Shown: positions 18,567 to 29,011 of the stretch, piece after piece
Layout of the letters: each line of letters starts with the position of its first letter
Numbering within the stretch: position 1 is the first letter of the stretch
DNA from: Promethearchaeia archaeon
GTDB lineage: Archaea; Asgardarchaeota; Lokiarchaeia; Sigyniarchaeales; SOKP01
Reading direction: 5' to 3'
Assembly (NCBI GenBank): GCA_029856105.1
Contig: JAHQWH010000015.1
Span: 32,001-96,000, forward strand
Length of the DNA: 64,000 bases
Made by a program: the position numbers and the translations under genes
Notes under the pieces: model-generated
Told to the model about the DNA's origin: nothing
Databases searched by the model: none
Seen by the model: only the letters and a program-made list of their open reading frames with translations

Positions 18567-20786
18567 TTGATTAGCAAAGTGAAAGATTCAGAAGCATCGA
18601 TAATTCGGGGTTTTTTAAACGATTATACAATATTAATAGTGATATTATTTCTTACCTATTTAACAAGTCTCTATAGTTACTTACTTTTTCATTCAATAAT
18701 TGAAATAATTAGTATTGTTATTTCAGGGGGGATTTTTATTGTTGGTTGGCACTCAAGAAAATACATGAATAGCTCCTTCTTTTTGGTAGTAGGTATTTCT
18801 TTTCTTTTCATAAGTATAATTGATTTACTTCACACCTTAGCCTACTCAGGAATGGGGATTTTTCTTGAATTCGACGCGAATCTTCCAACGCAATTGTGGA
18901 TTGTAGCCCGATATTGGCAAGCACTCTCCTATTTATTTGCTTCTATGGTCATAAAAAAAAAGATTAAAGCTAATTATTTATTCGTAAGCTATATCATTAT
19001 AATTCTTATTTTATTAACCACCATATTTCAAGGTTTCTTCCCTGTATGTTATATCAAAGGTTCGGGGCTCACTCCTTTTAAAATAATTAGTGAATACGCA
19101 ATTGATACAATTCTTTTTGTTACACTAATAGTATTATACAAGCATAAAGACGAGTTTGCTGAGAAAATATTTCTTTTAATTGTAATATCCATTATTGCCA
19201 CAATGATCTCAGAATTGGCGTTTACTTTCTATATTAGTGTATTTGGCTTCTCAAATTTTATTGGTCACATTTTTAAAATAATTGCCTTTTTCTTTGTCTA
19301 TAAGGCAATAATCGAATTGGGCATAGAAACTCCATTTGATTTATTATTTAGGAAGTTGAAGTTGAGCGAGGAATCTTCGATTGAAAAAGCGAACCAATTA
19401 GAACAAGCTTACTCTGAATTTAACCAAATGTTCAACGCATCTCTACCATTAAGGGTAATCAGTAATAACGGCGATATTTTGCGAGTTAATGAGACATACG
19501 CTTCTCTTTTCCACTTAACCAAAGAAGACCTTATAGGTAAAAAATGTTTTGACCTTCAATTAGGGTACGAACATCGATGTCATACAGAAATATGTTCAAG
19601 GAATCAAATTCTAGATGGAAAAGACTATTATGAATATGAATTAATCACAAAATTCGATGACGGTACTAAGATTGTTAGTCTTGTAAGATCAGTTCCTCAT
19701 AGAAGTGCAAATGGTGAAGTCATTGGACTGATACAAAATTTTACTAATATTACTGAGCGTAAATTTGCGCAAGAAAAAATTGAGGATATGGCAAGGTTTC
19801 CAATGGAAAATCCTAACCCCACATTAAGAGTAAGTAACAATTATATTCTTTTAGCAAATAAAGTGAGTCAATACTTATTCTTAGTCGGAGAAGGGAGTAA
19901 TATCCCTAAGTTTTTACAGGAACACATCCATAAAGCCTTTTCTGAGAACCTTAATTTAGAAATAGAGTTGAATATTAAAGATCAAATTTATTCTCTTTTC
20001 ATTGTACCAATGAAAGATAGAGGATATGCAAATATATACGGTATGAATATTACAGCTCGGAAAGAAGCTGAAAAAAGCTTGGAACGCTTTGTTTCAACGG
20101 TATCGCATGAATTAAGAACCCCAATTTCGGTTTTAATTATGTCGCTTGATTTTTTAGATAATCATTCTGAAAAAGTTACTCCAGGTATAGAAAAAAAATT
20201 GCAGGAAGGAATCAAAAGAAACATTTATCTTCTAAAAGAATTAGTTGACGATATTTTAACGTTATCAAGAATAGACGAGCGTAAATTAAAACTAAAGTGG
20301 GACGAGTATAATCCACTTAAGATTATGGGTGACATATTAACTTTAATGGAGCCTATTGGAAATGCGAAAAATATTACTTTTAGCGTAGATATAGATAAAA
20401 ACATTAAATTGTATGGGGATAAAACAAAAATTGACCAAATATTTCGTATTTTTATCGATAACTCCATAAAATATTCAAAGGAGAGTAACAAAATAGAGAT
20501 TAGAGCTATTAATCATTATAAAGGGAAATACAACATAGAGGAAAAAGATGGTGTTTTATTCCAGATTAAAGATTATGGAGTAGGAATTTTGGAAGAAGAT
20601 TTGCCATCTATTTTTCAAAGATTTTTTAGATCTGAACAAGTAAGCAATATTCCAGGTACGGGGTTAGGATTATCTATAGCAAAAGAACTATTAAAAATTC
20701 ATGGTGGCGAAGTATGGGTTCAAAGCGATTATGATAAAGGATCAACTTTTTCTATTTTTCTGCCGATAATTGAAAAAAGAATATAA
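18567..20786 (+). CDS. MASE3-PAS sensor histidine kinase
   Basis: YLLFHSIIE...DLLHTLAY.GM (MASE3), PAS, SHELRTP, DYGVG, GTGLGL. Confidence 0.92.
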   Translation: MISKVKDSEASIIRGFLNDYTILIVILFLTYLTSLYSYLLFHSIIEIISIVISGGIFIVGWHSRKYMNSSFFLVVGISFLFISIIDLLHTLAYSGMGIFLEFDANLPTQLWIVARYWQALSYLFASMVIKKKIKANYLFVSYIIIILILLTTIFQGFFPVCYIKGSGLTPFKIISEYAIDTILFVTLIVLYKHKDEFAEKIFLLIVISIIATMISELAFTFYISVFGFSNFIGHIFKIIAFFFVYKAIIELGIETPFDLLFRKLKLSEESSIEKANQLEQAYSEFNQMFNASLPLRVISNNGDILRVNETYASLFHLTKEDLIGKKCFDLQLGYEHRCHTEICSRNQILDGKDYYEYELITKFDDGTKIVSLVRSVPHRSANGEVIGLIQNFTNITERKFAQEKIEDMARFPMENPNPTLRVSNNYILLANKVSQYLFLVGEGSNIPKFLQEHIHKAFSENLNLEIELNIKDQIYSLFIVPMKDRGYANIYGMNITARKEAEKSLERFVSTVSHELRTPISVLIMSLDFLDNHSEKVTPGIEKKLQEGIKRNIYLLKELVDDILTLSRIDERKLKLKWDEYNPLKIMGDILTLMEPIGNAKNITFSVDIDKNIKLYGDKTKIDQIFRIFIDNSIKYSKESNKIEIRAINHYKGKYNIEEKDGVLFQIKDYGVGILEEDLPSIFQRFFRSEQVSNIPGTGLGLSIAKELLKIHGGEVWVQSDYDKGSTFSIFLPIIEKRI

Positions 20787-20850
20787 ACTAACTTCTCCTT
20801 ATTCTATCCTAATAGACATTTAAAACAATACAAATTCAGTCAGATTTGAT

Positions 20851-21747
20851 TTGAAACCTCTAATTCTTATTGTTGAAGATAATGTTGATTTGTTGTACAA
20901 TATAAATTTAGTGTTAGAATCGAATAATTATAAACCGATTACTGCTAAAAACGGAAAAGTAGCTCTAAAAATTCTTTCGGAACTTGAACAGATTCCTGAT
21001 ATTATCATTAGCGATATAATAATGCCTGAAATGAATGGTTATGAGTTTTTTAGAGTGATATCCAAAGAACCTCGATGGAATCGAATTCCTTTCGTTTTTC
21101 TTTCTGCTCGCACTACTCCTAAAGATATTAGACTTGGAAAGTTGCTAGGAGTAGACGATTATTTAACAAAGCCATTTGACGAAAAAGACTTGTTAGCTAT
21201 AATATCTGGTAAAATTGCCCGTATTAATAGAGTAAATGCTTTAAACAACAAAATCGATGAAGTCTTTTCAACCATGGATATCGAAATGAAGATGTCGGCT
21301 ACTAGTGACCATGGAGAATTTATATGCTTATTACTAACCTTTTGGGACGATAAGTTTGGTCCCAATTTAAATTGCTATTACCCTGAAGAAAAAGATTTTT
21401 CCATATCCTTAGACGATATTTCAAATCAATTGTTTACGGTAGCAAATTCCATTTATGGTCAAAACAAAATAACTAAGGCTGAAGGTGTTTTATTAAACAT
21501 TGAAAATTTAAATAGTCGTGGATACCTTTTTTTTGATTCGTATCCTGATAAAGAAGAGAGATTTGGAGAAAAACAATATATGATTGCAATTATCGCTCCA
21601 TTAATAAACTATTTTCATACTTTAAAGATTAAAGATGTATTTACTGATTTATCAGATAAGATTAAAAATAAATTGAATTGGAACATCAAAGAATATTGGA
21701 AAAGAGTTTACGATATTTTGTTGATTGAAACAATACAAATAGAATAG
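20851..21747 (+). CDS. Response regulator with C-terminal longin/uDENN-like domain
   Basis: REC motifs VEDN, SDIIMP, LSA, KPF; C-terminal CLLLTFWDDKFGP...YP. Confidence 0.85.
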   Translation: MKPLILIVEDNVDLLYNINLVLESNNYKPITAKNGKVALKILSELEQIPDIIISDIIMPEMNGYEFFRVISKEPRWNRIPFVFLSARTTPKDIRLGKLLGVDDYLTKPFDEKDLLAIISGKIARINRVNALNNKIDEVFSTMDIEMKMSATSDHGEFICLLLTFWDDKFGPNLNCYYPEEKDFSISLDDISNQLFTVANSIYGQNKITKAEGVLLNIENLNSRGYLFFDSYPDKEERFGEKQYMIAIIAPLINYFHTLKIKDVFTDLSDKIKNKLNWNIKEYWKRVYDILLIETIQIE

Positions 21748-21792
21748 TATAAAAAATCTTTAACTATTTTTAATTTTATTTAGTATTTTTAC

Positions 21793-22731
21793 CTAAAAGC
21801 GATACAATTCTGTTGAGAGATATTTTTCTCCTCCGTCAGGTAAGAGTGCAACGATATTTTCTCCTTCTACGAAATCTTTTGAAGCTTCGAAAATTGCTGC
21901 CCATGCACAGGCTCCTGCTGAAATTCCAATGAATATGCCTTCCATTCTAGCTAATTTTCTAGCCGTCTCGATGGCATCTTTGTAGTCAACCTTTATAATT
22001 TTGTCGTAAATTTTAATATTTAACACTTCGGGGATAAAACCAGCACCTATACCTTGGATTTTATGAGGACCTGGTCTCTCACCTGATAAGATCGCAGAAT
22101 CCTTAGGTTCTACTGCGTAAACCTTCATTCTCGCCCCAACCCTATCTTTTAATACCTCACCGACTCCTGTTATTGTTCCACCAGTCCCTATTCCAGCAAC
22201 AAACCCATCCACTTGACCGGCTAAATCGTTAAATATCTCTATAGCTGTAGTTTTTCGGTGTATATCTGGGTTAGCTAGGTTTTTAAATTGTTGAGGGATG
22301 AATACTTTTCCTTTTTCTTTAGCTATTTCTTCCGCTTTTGAAATCGATCTTTTCATACCACCTTCTTTTGGGGTTAAAACTACCTCAGCACCAAAGGCTT
22401 TTAGAATTTGGACTCTCTCGATAGTTACGCTTTCGGGCATTACTAAAGTTATTTTATATCCTTTTGACGCACACACAAGCGCTAGACCAATGCCCGTATT
22501 TCCAGAAGTAGGCTCTACTATGGTTGTATCTTTATCAATAAGACCTTCCTCTTCGGCTTTAAGTATCATGTTCATTCCAATTCTATCTTTAACGCTACCC
22601 CCAGGGTTAAAAGACTCCAATTTTACAAATACATTGGGCTTAACGCTTCCAACGATTCTGTTTAATTTCACTAAGGGCGTTTTCCCAATTGCTTCAACTA
22701 TATTTTTATAATAATTTGCCATTAAATCCAC
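21793..22731 (-). CDS. cysK: Cysteine synthase A
   Basis: NPGGSVKDR, EPTSGNTG, GTGGT, PHKIQGIG. Confidence 0.96.
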   Translation of the reverse strand: MDLMANYYKNIVEAIGKTPLVKLNRIVGSVKPNVFVKLESFNPGGSVKDRIGMNMILKAEEEGLIDKDTTIVEPTSGNTGIGLALVCASKGYKITLVMPESVTIERVQILKAFGAEVVLTPKEGGMKRSISKAEEIAKEKGKVFIPQQFKNLANPDIHRKTTAIEIFNDLAGQVDGFVAGIGTGGTITGVGEVLKDRVGARMKVYAVEPKDSAILSGERPGPHKIQGIGAGFIPEVLNIKIYDKIIKVDYKDAIETARKLARMEGIFIGISAGACAWAAIFEASKDFVEGENIVALLPDGGEKYLSTELYRF

Positions 22732-22765
22732 CTATTTATTTTACAATCATTAAAGATTTTCCACT

Positions 22766-23611
22766 TTATATTCCACTACCATTTTCTCCGTAAAATATTT
22801 CGATATCGTCTTCTGTTGGTTTCGAACTATGAGGAAAATGTTTCTCCAATTCTTTGATTCTTTTATTTAAACTCGAGAAAGCGATTGAAATTGGGTCGGG
22901 AAGTTCACCGTGGCGCAAATCAATTTTTTCGATTTTTTCTCCTTTTTTCGATACAATTTTCGCAGGAACCCCTACGACTACGCAATTTGAAGGCACATCG
23001 CTAACAACCACGGAATTTGCGCCAACTCTCACGTTTTCTCCAAGAGTAATAGGTCCTAAAATCTTTGCGCCAGTACCAACAACAACATTATCACCTAAAG
23101 TGGGGTGCCTTTTTTTTTGTTCCAAATTAGTACCCCCTAAAACTACGCCTGCGTAAATCGTTACATTGTTTCCAATCTCAGTTGTTTCCCCTATAACTAC
23201 TCCGGCTCCGTGGTCTATAAAGAATTCGCTACCAATCTCTGCTCCTGGATGAATTTCTACAGCAGTCAGATCTCGTGCGATACCAGAGATATATCTAGGT
23301 ATGTATGGTAATCCTAATTTCCAAAAGAAATGCGCAATGCGATATAGTAATACGGCTTTAATCCCAGGATAACTTGTTAAAACTTCAATTAAGGTGCGTG
23401 CAGCGGGATCTTTATTAAACGCAGCATTCACATCCGAAACAAAGAAATTTAAGATACCTTGAAGATACTTGTTAATTTCTCTGTAATCTAAATCCTCCGT
23501 TTTAAATTCTAATTTTAGCAAACAATCTGTGCATTGGTTCCTTCCACTTATTGGTTTAAAACCTAACTTTTTACCACAAGATAAACATCTAAGAAAATCA
23601 TCCGTTTCCAT
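22766..23611 (-). CDS. cysE: Serine O-acetyltransferase with N-terminal zinc-ribbon extension
   Basis: DPAA, EIHPGA.IG, FIDHG.GVVIGET, KRHPT hexapeptide repeats. Confidence 0.94.
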   Translation of the reverse strand: METDDFLRCLSCGKKLGFKPISGRNQCTDCLLKLEFKTEDLDYREINKYLQGILNFFVSDVNAAFNKDPAARTLIEVLTSYPGIKAVLLYRIAHFFWKLGLPYIPRYISGIARDLTAVEIHPGAEIGSEFFIDHGAGVVIGETTEIGNNVTIYAGVVLGGTNLEQKKRHPTLGDNVVVGTGAKILGPITLGENVRVGANSVVVSDVPSNCVVVGVPAKIVSKKGEKIEKIDLRHGELPDPISIAFSSLNKRIKELEKHFPHSSKPTEDDIEIFYGENGSGI

Positions 23612-23745
23612 TAAATTATCCCTCTCATTTTTTTGGAAATTTATTTATTCTTACTTAACTAAAAAATCTGTTTTATCAAATAATTTATGTTTATGAATAA
23701 TAAATTTTTAGAATAATCAAAATTTTATTAAATAGAGGTTTAAAG

Positions 23746-25608
23746 ATGGAATTTGGATATAGTGACAAAATATTAAGAGTTAATTTATCAAATGATAAGA
23801 TTAGTGTAGAACATCCGGAAGAAAAATTCTATAGGAAATATATTGGTGGAGAGGGTTTTGTTGCGTATTATCTTTTAAAAGAATTAAAACCTAACATAGA
23901 TCCTCTTGGTCCCGAAAACAAGTTGGTTTTTGCTACGGGTCCTATAACGGGCGTATCTATCGCAGGAGCGGGAAGAAATAGCGTTGGTGCAAAATCGCCC
24001 TTAACAAACGGATTTGGTGAAGCTGAAGTGGGGGGATATTGGGGGCCAGAGTTGAAAAGAGCTGGTTTCGATGCAATAATTATTGAAGGAAAAGCAAAAA
24101 GTCCAATTTTTATATGGATAAAAAATGAAAACGTTGAAATAAGAGACGCTAGTCTTATCTGGGGAAAAACAACCGGCGAAGCTCAACAAATAATAAAAAA
24201 CGAATTAGACGATAAACTTGTGCATATAAGTCAGATTGGCCCAGGAGGCGAGCATTTAGTGCGGTATGCTTGTGTAATAAACGATCTTCGTAGCGCTGCA
24301 GGTCGAACAGGTATGGGAGCCGTCATGGGTTCTAAAAATCTTAAAGCCGTAGTTGTGAGGGGTAATAAGAGACCTAAAGTGGCTAACAAGGAAAAGTTAA
24401 GAGAATTAAGGGATTCTTTTAGTAATAACTACTTGAAAAATTATAAAGAATATTACTCGTATGGAACTGGTGGAGGTGTAATGGAAATGTTTGCCACTAT
24501 AGGGAACCTTCCAACTCGAAATTTTAAAGCAGGGGGGACTAATAGGGCAAAGACTCTAGACCCTAAAATTAACAAAGAAGAAATTAATCTAAAAATGGAA
24601 ACTTGTTTTGCGTGTCCAATTAAATGCAAAAAGGTGGTACAAATTAAAGAACCGTGGGTCGTAGATCCAATATATGGTGGCCCAGAATACGAGACTCTTG
24701 CTGCTTTCGGCTCTAATTGTGGAATTTATGACTTAAAAGCTGTGTGTAAGGCTAATGAACTTTGTAATAAGTACTCAATTGATACGATCTCTACTGGTAT
24801 GAACATTAGTTTTGCCATGGAGTGCTTTGAAAATAACATATTAAACGAATCCGATACAGGAGGGATAGTCTTAAAGTTCGGTAATTCCCAAGCCATGATT
24901 CAAATGATTGAAAAAATTGCTAAGCGAGAAGGTTTAGGAGATATCTTAGCTGAGGGCGTAAAAAGAGCCGCCGAAAAAATCCAAAACGGAGCGCAAGAAT
25001 TCGCTATCCATGTGAAGGGTCAAGAACTTCCGATGCACGAACCACGCTTTAAGCAAGGATTGGGGTTAGGATACACGATTTCACCAACAGGAGCAGAACA
25101 TATGCATAATCTCCACGATACAGCTATTGCAAGTGAAGGCTCGATTGCTAATTTTAAGACTCTTGGAATTTTAACACCACTCCAACTTGATGATTTGAGC
25201 GCAAAAAAGGTTCGAGCCTTAATATATCAGATGAATTGGTGTGCTTTAGTTAATGCTCTCGTAATGTGTTATTTTGTGCCGTGGAATCCATTTGAGCTAA
25301 CAGAAGTAGTTAGAGCTGTTACTGGTTGGAATACCTCAACTTTTGAATTGATGAAAGTAGGCGAGCGAATAATGAATATGACCCGAATATTTAACTTAAG
25401 AGAAGGATTTACGAGTGATGACGATCGTTTACCAGACAGATTCTTCCAACCTCACACTTCAGGAGCTCTAGCTGAAACATCTATCGATTTAGAAAAATTT
25501 AGTGAAGCTAAAAATATCTACTACGAAATGATGGGTTGGGACAAAAATGGTGTTCCGTCAAAAATAAAATTGGACGAACTCGATATTAGTTGGGCTAATA
25601 GTTTTTGA
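23746..25608 (+). CDS. aor: Tungsten aldehyde:ferredoxin oxidoreductase family protein
   Basis: KSPLT, AAGRTGMGAVMGSKNLKA, CFACPIKC, GPEYET, DTIS. Confidence 0.92.
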   Translation: MEFGYSDKILRVNLSNDKISVEHPEEKFYRKYIGGEGFVAYYLLKELKPNIDPLGPENKLVFATGPITGVSIAGAGRNSVGAKSPLTNGFGEAEVGGYWGPELKRAGFDAIIIEGKAKSPIFIWIKNENVEIRDASLIWGKTTGEAQQIIKNELDDKLVHISQIGPGGEHLVRYACVINDLRSAAGRTGMGAVMGSKNLKAVVVRGNKRPKVANKEKLRELRDSFSNNYLKNYKEYYSYGTGGGVMEMFATIGNLPTRNFKAGGTNRAKTLDPKINKEEINLKMETCFACPIKCKKVVQIKEPWVVDPIYGGPEYETLAAFGSNCGIYDLKAVCKANELCNKYSIDTISTGMNISFAMECFENNILNESDTGGIVLKFGNSQAMIQMIEKIAKREGLGDILAEGVKRAAEKIQNGAQEFAIHVKGQELPMHEPRFKQGLGLGYTISPTGAEHMHNLHDTAIASEGSIANFKTLGILTPLQLDDLSAKKVRALIYQMNWCALVNALVMCYFVPWNPFELTEVVRAVTGWNTSTFELMKVGERIMNMTRIFNLREGFTSDDDRLPDRFFQPHTSGALAETSIDLEKFSEAKNIYYEMMGWDKNGVPSKIKLDELDISWANSF

Positions 25609-25804
25609 ATTATCAAATCTTATAATCTTTTCTACTCTCTAATTTTAAAAATAAAATTTATTTTAATTCCATATACAATCTTTACGAAAAAAACCTAAAA
25701 TTATACTAATATATAAATAAAAAAAATTTCACTTCAGTATTTGAAGAGTAATCACCAAATTTAGAGATCATAAAAAATTTGTTCTTATAGGTTGAGAAAT
25801 ACGA

Positions 25805-28669
25805 ATGATTTCCGACGATAACAAGCGCGAAAATGTTAAGACTCAATTTCAAATAATTATGGAAATTGTTAACGATTTGGTGATGATTATTGATCAAACG
25901 GAAGATTTCAAAATTGAGTTAATTAACGATTGCCCGTTATTGGAAAATTTAGGATACGCTGAAAGTGATTTGGTCGGGAATTCGTTTCTAAATATACTAT
26001 TTTCGGAAGATAAAAAAAAAGCAATAAGATTTTTAAAAAAGGGGATCGATACTTTTGATAATTTTCAAGAAGTAAAGTTATTTTCAGCGAAAGATGAAAT
26101 AATTTGGGTGGAAATAAAAGCAAGAAAATTTACGGACGAGGATAAAAACGAGAAAATATTAATTATTGTGAAAGATATCTCAAAACAAAAAAGAATCGAA
26201 GGAAATTTAAGAGAAACTGAAGATAGATTTAAAAAAATAACAGATACTATCCCAGAAATACGCTTTTGGAAATTATTTAATCCTAAAAAATATGAGGAGG
26301 CTTTGCAGAGCAGTTATGAAATGCTACAGATGGTAATAGAAAATATCCCACAATATATTATATGGAAGGATATTGATCAGAGTTATCTCGGATGTAACGA
26401 TAATTACGCAAAATTAATTGAGATTGAACACCCTGAAAATATTATAGGAAAAACTGACGAAGAATTGCTTTTAGATAAGAACCAAATACAATTTAACAAA
26501 GAACAAGAAAGGAAAGTTATCGAATCTAATAAAGTTGTTTTTCATACTAATGAATCATGGATCCTCAGAAACGGAGAAAAGATTTGGATTGATGTAAATA
26601 GAATTCCTTTGTTAAACTCTGATGGAAATGTTGCAGGACTTTTAATTACTTTTGAAGATATTACCGAACGGAAGAACGCTGAGGAGAATTTGCGTAAACA
26701 ACATGAGAGATTAGAACGAATTATGGAAACCAATCCCGCAGGAATCTTATCTGTTGATACTATCGGTCATATTATATATGTCAATTCTCAAGCTGAAAAA
26801 GTCTTACATTATCCTAAAGAAGAATTGTTAAAAAAAACATTTTTAACCACTAAATTTAAATTTTTAAACTCAGAAGGCAAACTTATTCCTAAGAATGAGC
26901 TACCTTTTCAGATTATTACGAAAACGAAAAAACCACTATTTGATTATCATGCGACTTTTAAGTCATTTACGAATGAAAATATTCTACTTTCTATCAATGG
27001 TACGCCTTTATTAAAGAATAACGGAGAAATCGAGAATATAATTTTTACAGTAGAGGATATTACTGAAAAAGAATTAGCTGAAAAAAAAATTAAAGATTCA
27101 GAAGAAAAATATAAGGACTTATTAGAGACATCAACAATTGGTATTTTAGAAATAGAGTTGGAAAATAATAGCGTTTCTTACATTAATCCAAAATTATTAG
27201 AATTTATTGGGTATCAAGATGTTGACTATGTCAACAAAAAATTGATGGATGAAATAATTCATCCAGACGATCTGCTAAAGTTGTTAAATTCAGAAGAAGG
27301 AAAGGATATCGAATTTAGAATTGTGACTAATAAAGGAAAAATAAAATGGTTACAAGGAAAAAGATTAAATCAATACGACGATAGAGATAATCTAATTAGT
27401 TTTAGATTATGGTTAGAAGACGTCACTGAAAAAAAAATGTACGAAGAATTGATTTATGAGTTAAATATTAATTTTTTAAACTACACAACGGACATTCAAC
27501 AAAATATCGAATTATTGTTAAAAACTTGCTTAAAATTACTTAATGGTGACATTGTACTATACATCACTAAAAGCGATCATGAAGAAGAAGAGCAATATCG
27601 GGTAATGAGTAGTAAAGGGGACATCACAATGTATCCTTCGGGAGCGTTTACGAAAGATTTGTTTGTAAGCGAATTATTTATAGAAAATCACGACTTTACT
27701 CAGGAATTCTTTGACATTCATAAAACGAAGTATGCCAAGTCTGATCGTTATATAATTGAAAACGGTATCGAAGCTTGTTATGGTAAATTAATCCTATCTG
27801 GAAACGACTTAAATAGTTTACTCTGCGTTTTGTTTAAACAAAATCCAACTATTACCAACCAAAATAAATTGGTGCTATTTTTAATATGCGATGCTCTCGA
27901 AATAGAGCAAAGAAGGTGGGAATCTCAACAACATTTGGAAGAACAAAACCGAATGTTAAGCGAAATAAATAAATTAAAAAGCGATTTGTTTTCAAGAACT
28001 TCGCACGAATTAAAAACGCCATTAATTTCTATTAAAGGATTCACCGAGTTATTGTTAAAACTACACTCAAATAAGTTGGACAGCGATGTTATTTCGATTT
28101 TAGAGGAGATTAAGAGCGGTAGTAAGCGCCTTGAAGATTACATTAACTCACTTGTCGAAAGCTCTCAATTAGATCAAGGGTTGTTGAAAATAAAAAAAAA
28201 GAGAGAGAATCTTACATTTTTAATTAAATATTGCATTAAGCAATTATCTGGTACGGCCAAATTAAGAGAACAGAAGGTTAAACTAAATATTAAGAATAAT
28301 ATATATGCAAATTTTGATAAAGAGAAAATTTACGAAGTTATCACCAATTTGTTGATTAATGCAATAAAGTATACTCCTATTGGGGGTACAATTACAATTG
28401 ATTCTCATCAAAAAAACCATTATTATATAATTTCGATAAATGACACCGGCATTGGACTAACTAAAAAAGAAATAGCGCAACTTTTTACGCAGTTTGGTAA
28501 AATTGAAAGATACGGCCAGGGATGGGACGTAGGCATCGAAGGGACAGGATTAGGATTGTACATTTCGAAAGAATTAATTGACCTTCACGACGGGAATATA
28601 TGGGTCGAATCAGAAGGCCGGAACAAAGGAAGTACTTTTTTCTTTTCTATACCAATAGAAAAAAAATAA
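25805..28669 (+). CDS. Cytoplasmic multi-PAS histidine kinase
   Basis: About 4 PAS repeats (DITE.K), SHELKTP, NAIKY, GTGLGL. Confidence 0.92.
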   Translation: MISDDNKRENVKTQFQIIMEIVNDLVMIIDQTEDFKIELINDCPLLENLGYAESDLVGNSFLNILFSEDKKKAIRFLKKGIDTFDNFQEVKLFSAKDEIIWVEIKARKFTDEDKNEKILIIVKDISKQKRIEGNLRETEDRFKKITDTIPEIRFWKLFNPKKYEEALQSSYEMLQMVIENIPQYIIWKDIDQSYLGCNDNYAKLIEIEHPENIIGKTDEELLLDKNQIQFNKEQERKVIESNKVVFHTNESWILRNGEKIWIDVNRIPLLNSDGNVAGLLITFEDITERKNAEENLRKQHERLERIMETNPAGILSVDTIGHIIYVNSQAEKVLHYPKEELLKKTFLTTKFKFLNSEGKLIPKNELPFQIITKTKKPLFDYHATFKSFTNENILLSINGTPLLKNNGEIENIIFTVEDITEKELAEKKIKDSEEKYKDLLETSTIGILEIELENNSVSYINPKLLEFIGYQDVDYVNKKLMDEIIHPDDLLKLLNSEEGKDIEFRIVTNKGKIKWLQGKRLNQYDDRDNLISFRLWLEDVTEKKMYEELIYELNINFLNYTTDIQQNIELLLKTCLKLLNGDIVLYITKSDHEEEEQYRVMSSKGDITMYPSGAFTKDLFVSELFIENHDFTQEFFDIHKTKYAKSDRYIIENGIEACYGKLILSGNDLNSLLCVLFKQNPTITNQNKLVLFLICDALEIEQRRWESQQHLEEQNRMLSEINKLKSDLFSRTSHELKTPLISIKGFTELLLKLHSNKLDSDVISILEEIKSGSKRLEDYINSLVESSQLDQGLLKIKKKRENLTFLIKYCIKQLSGTAKLREQKVKLNIKNNIYANFDKEKIYEVITNLLINAIKYTPIGGTITIDSHQKNHYYIISINDTGIGLTKKEIAQLFTQFGKIERYGQGWDVGIEGTGLGLYISKELIDLHDGNIWVESEGRNKGSTFFFSIPIEKK

Positions 28670-28774
28670 TTTTTGAAAAATTTTGGACTCCATATTTTTT
28701 ATTAACAGCCCCTTTCATACTTTATTAAATATAGTTGAGAAAAACATAATATTGTTTTTATCAAAAAACTATAG

Positions 28775-28999
28775 GTGATACTCGTGAGTAACAATGGTGA
28801 AGAAAAGGGATATGAAAAATTAGATGTAGTAAAAAGATATTTCCAAAAGATATTCACTGTAATGTCTAAAGATGTTAGAGAACAACTGATGGATTTAAAC
28901 CTATCAAAAGACGAATTAAAAGAAGTAAAAAAAGAACTAGTTTTTTTACCTGATGAAAAACAAAAAGAATACTTGAACGAACTATCTAAGAAAAAATAA
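28775..28999 (+). CDS. Small helical hypothetical protein
   Basis: 74-aa ORF, AGGTGA overlapping the start region, co-oriented with TPR gene. Confidence 0.6.
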   Translation: MILVSNNGEEKGYEKLDVVKRYFQKIFTVMSKDVREQLMDLNLSKDELKEVKKELVFLPDEKQKEYLNELSKKK

Positions 29000-29011
29000 A
29001 GCTGAGATAAA

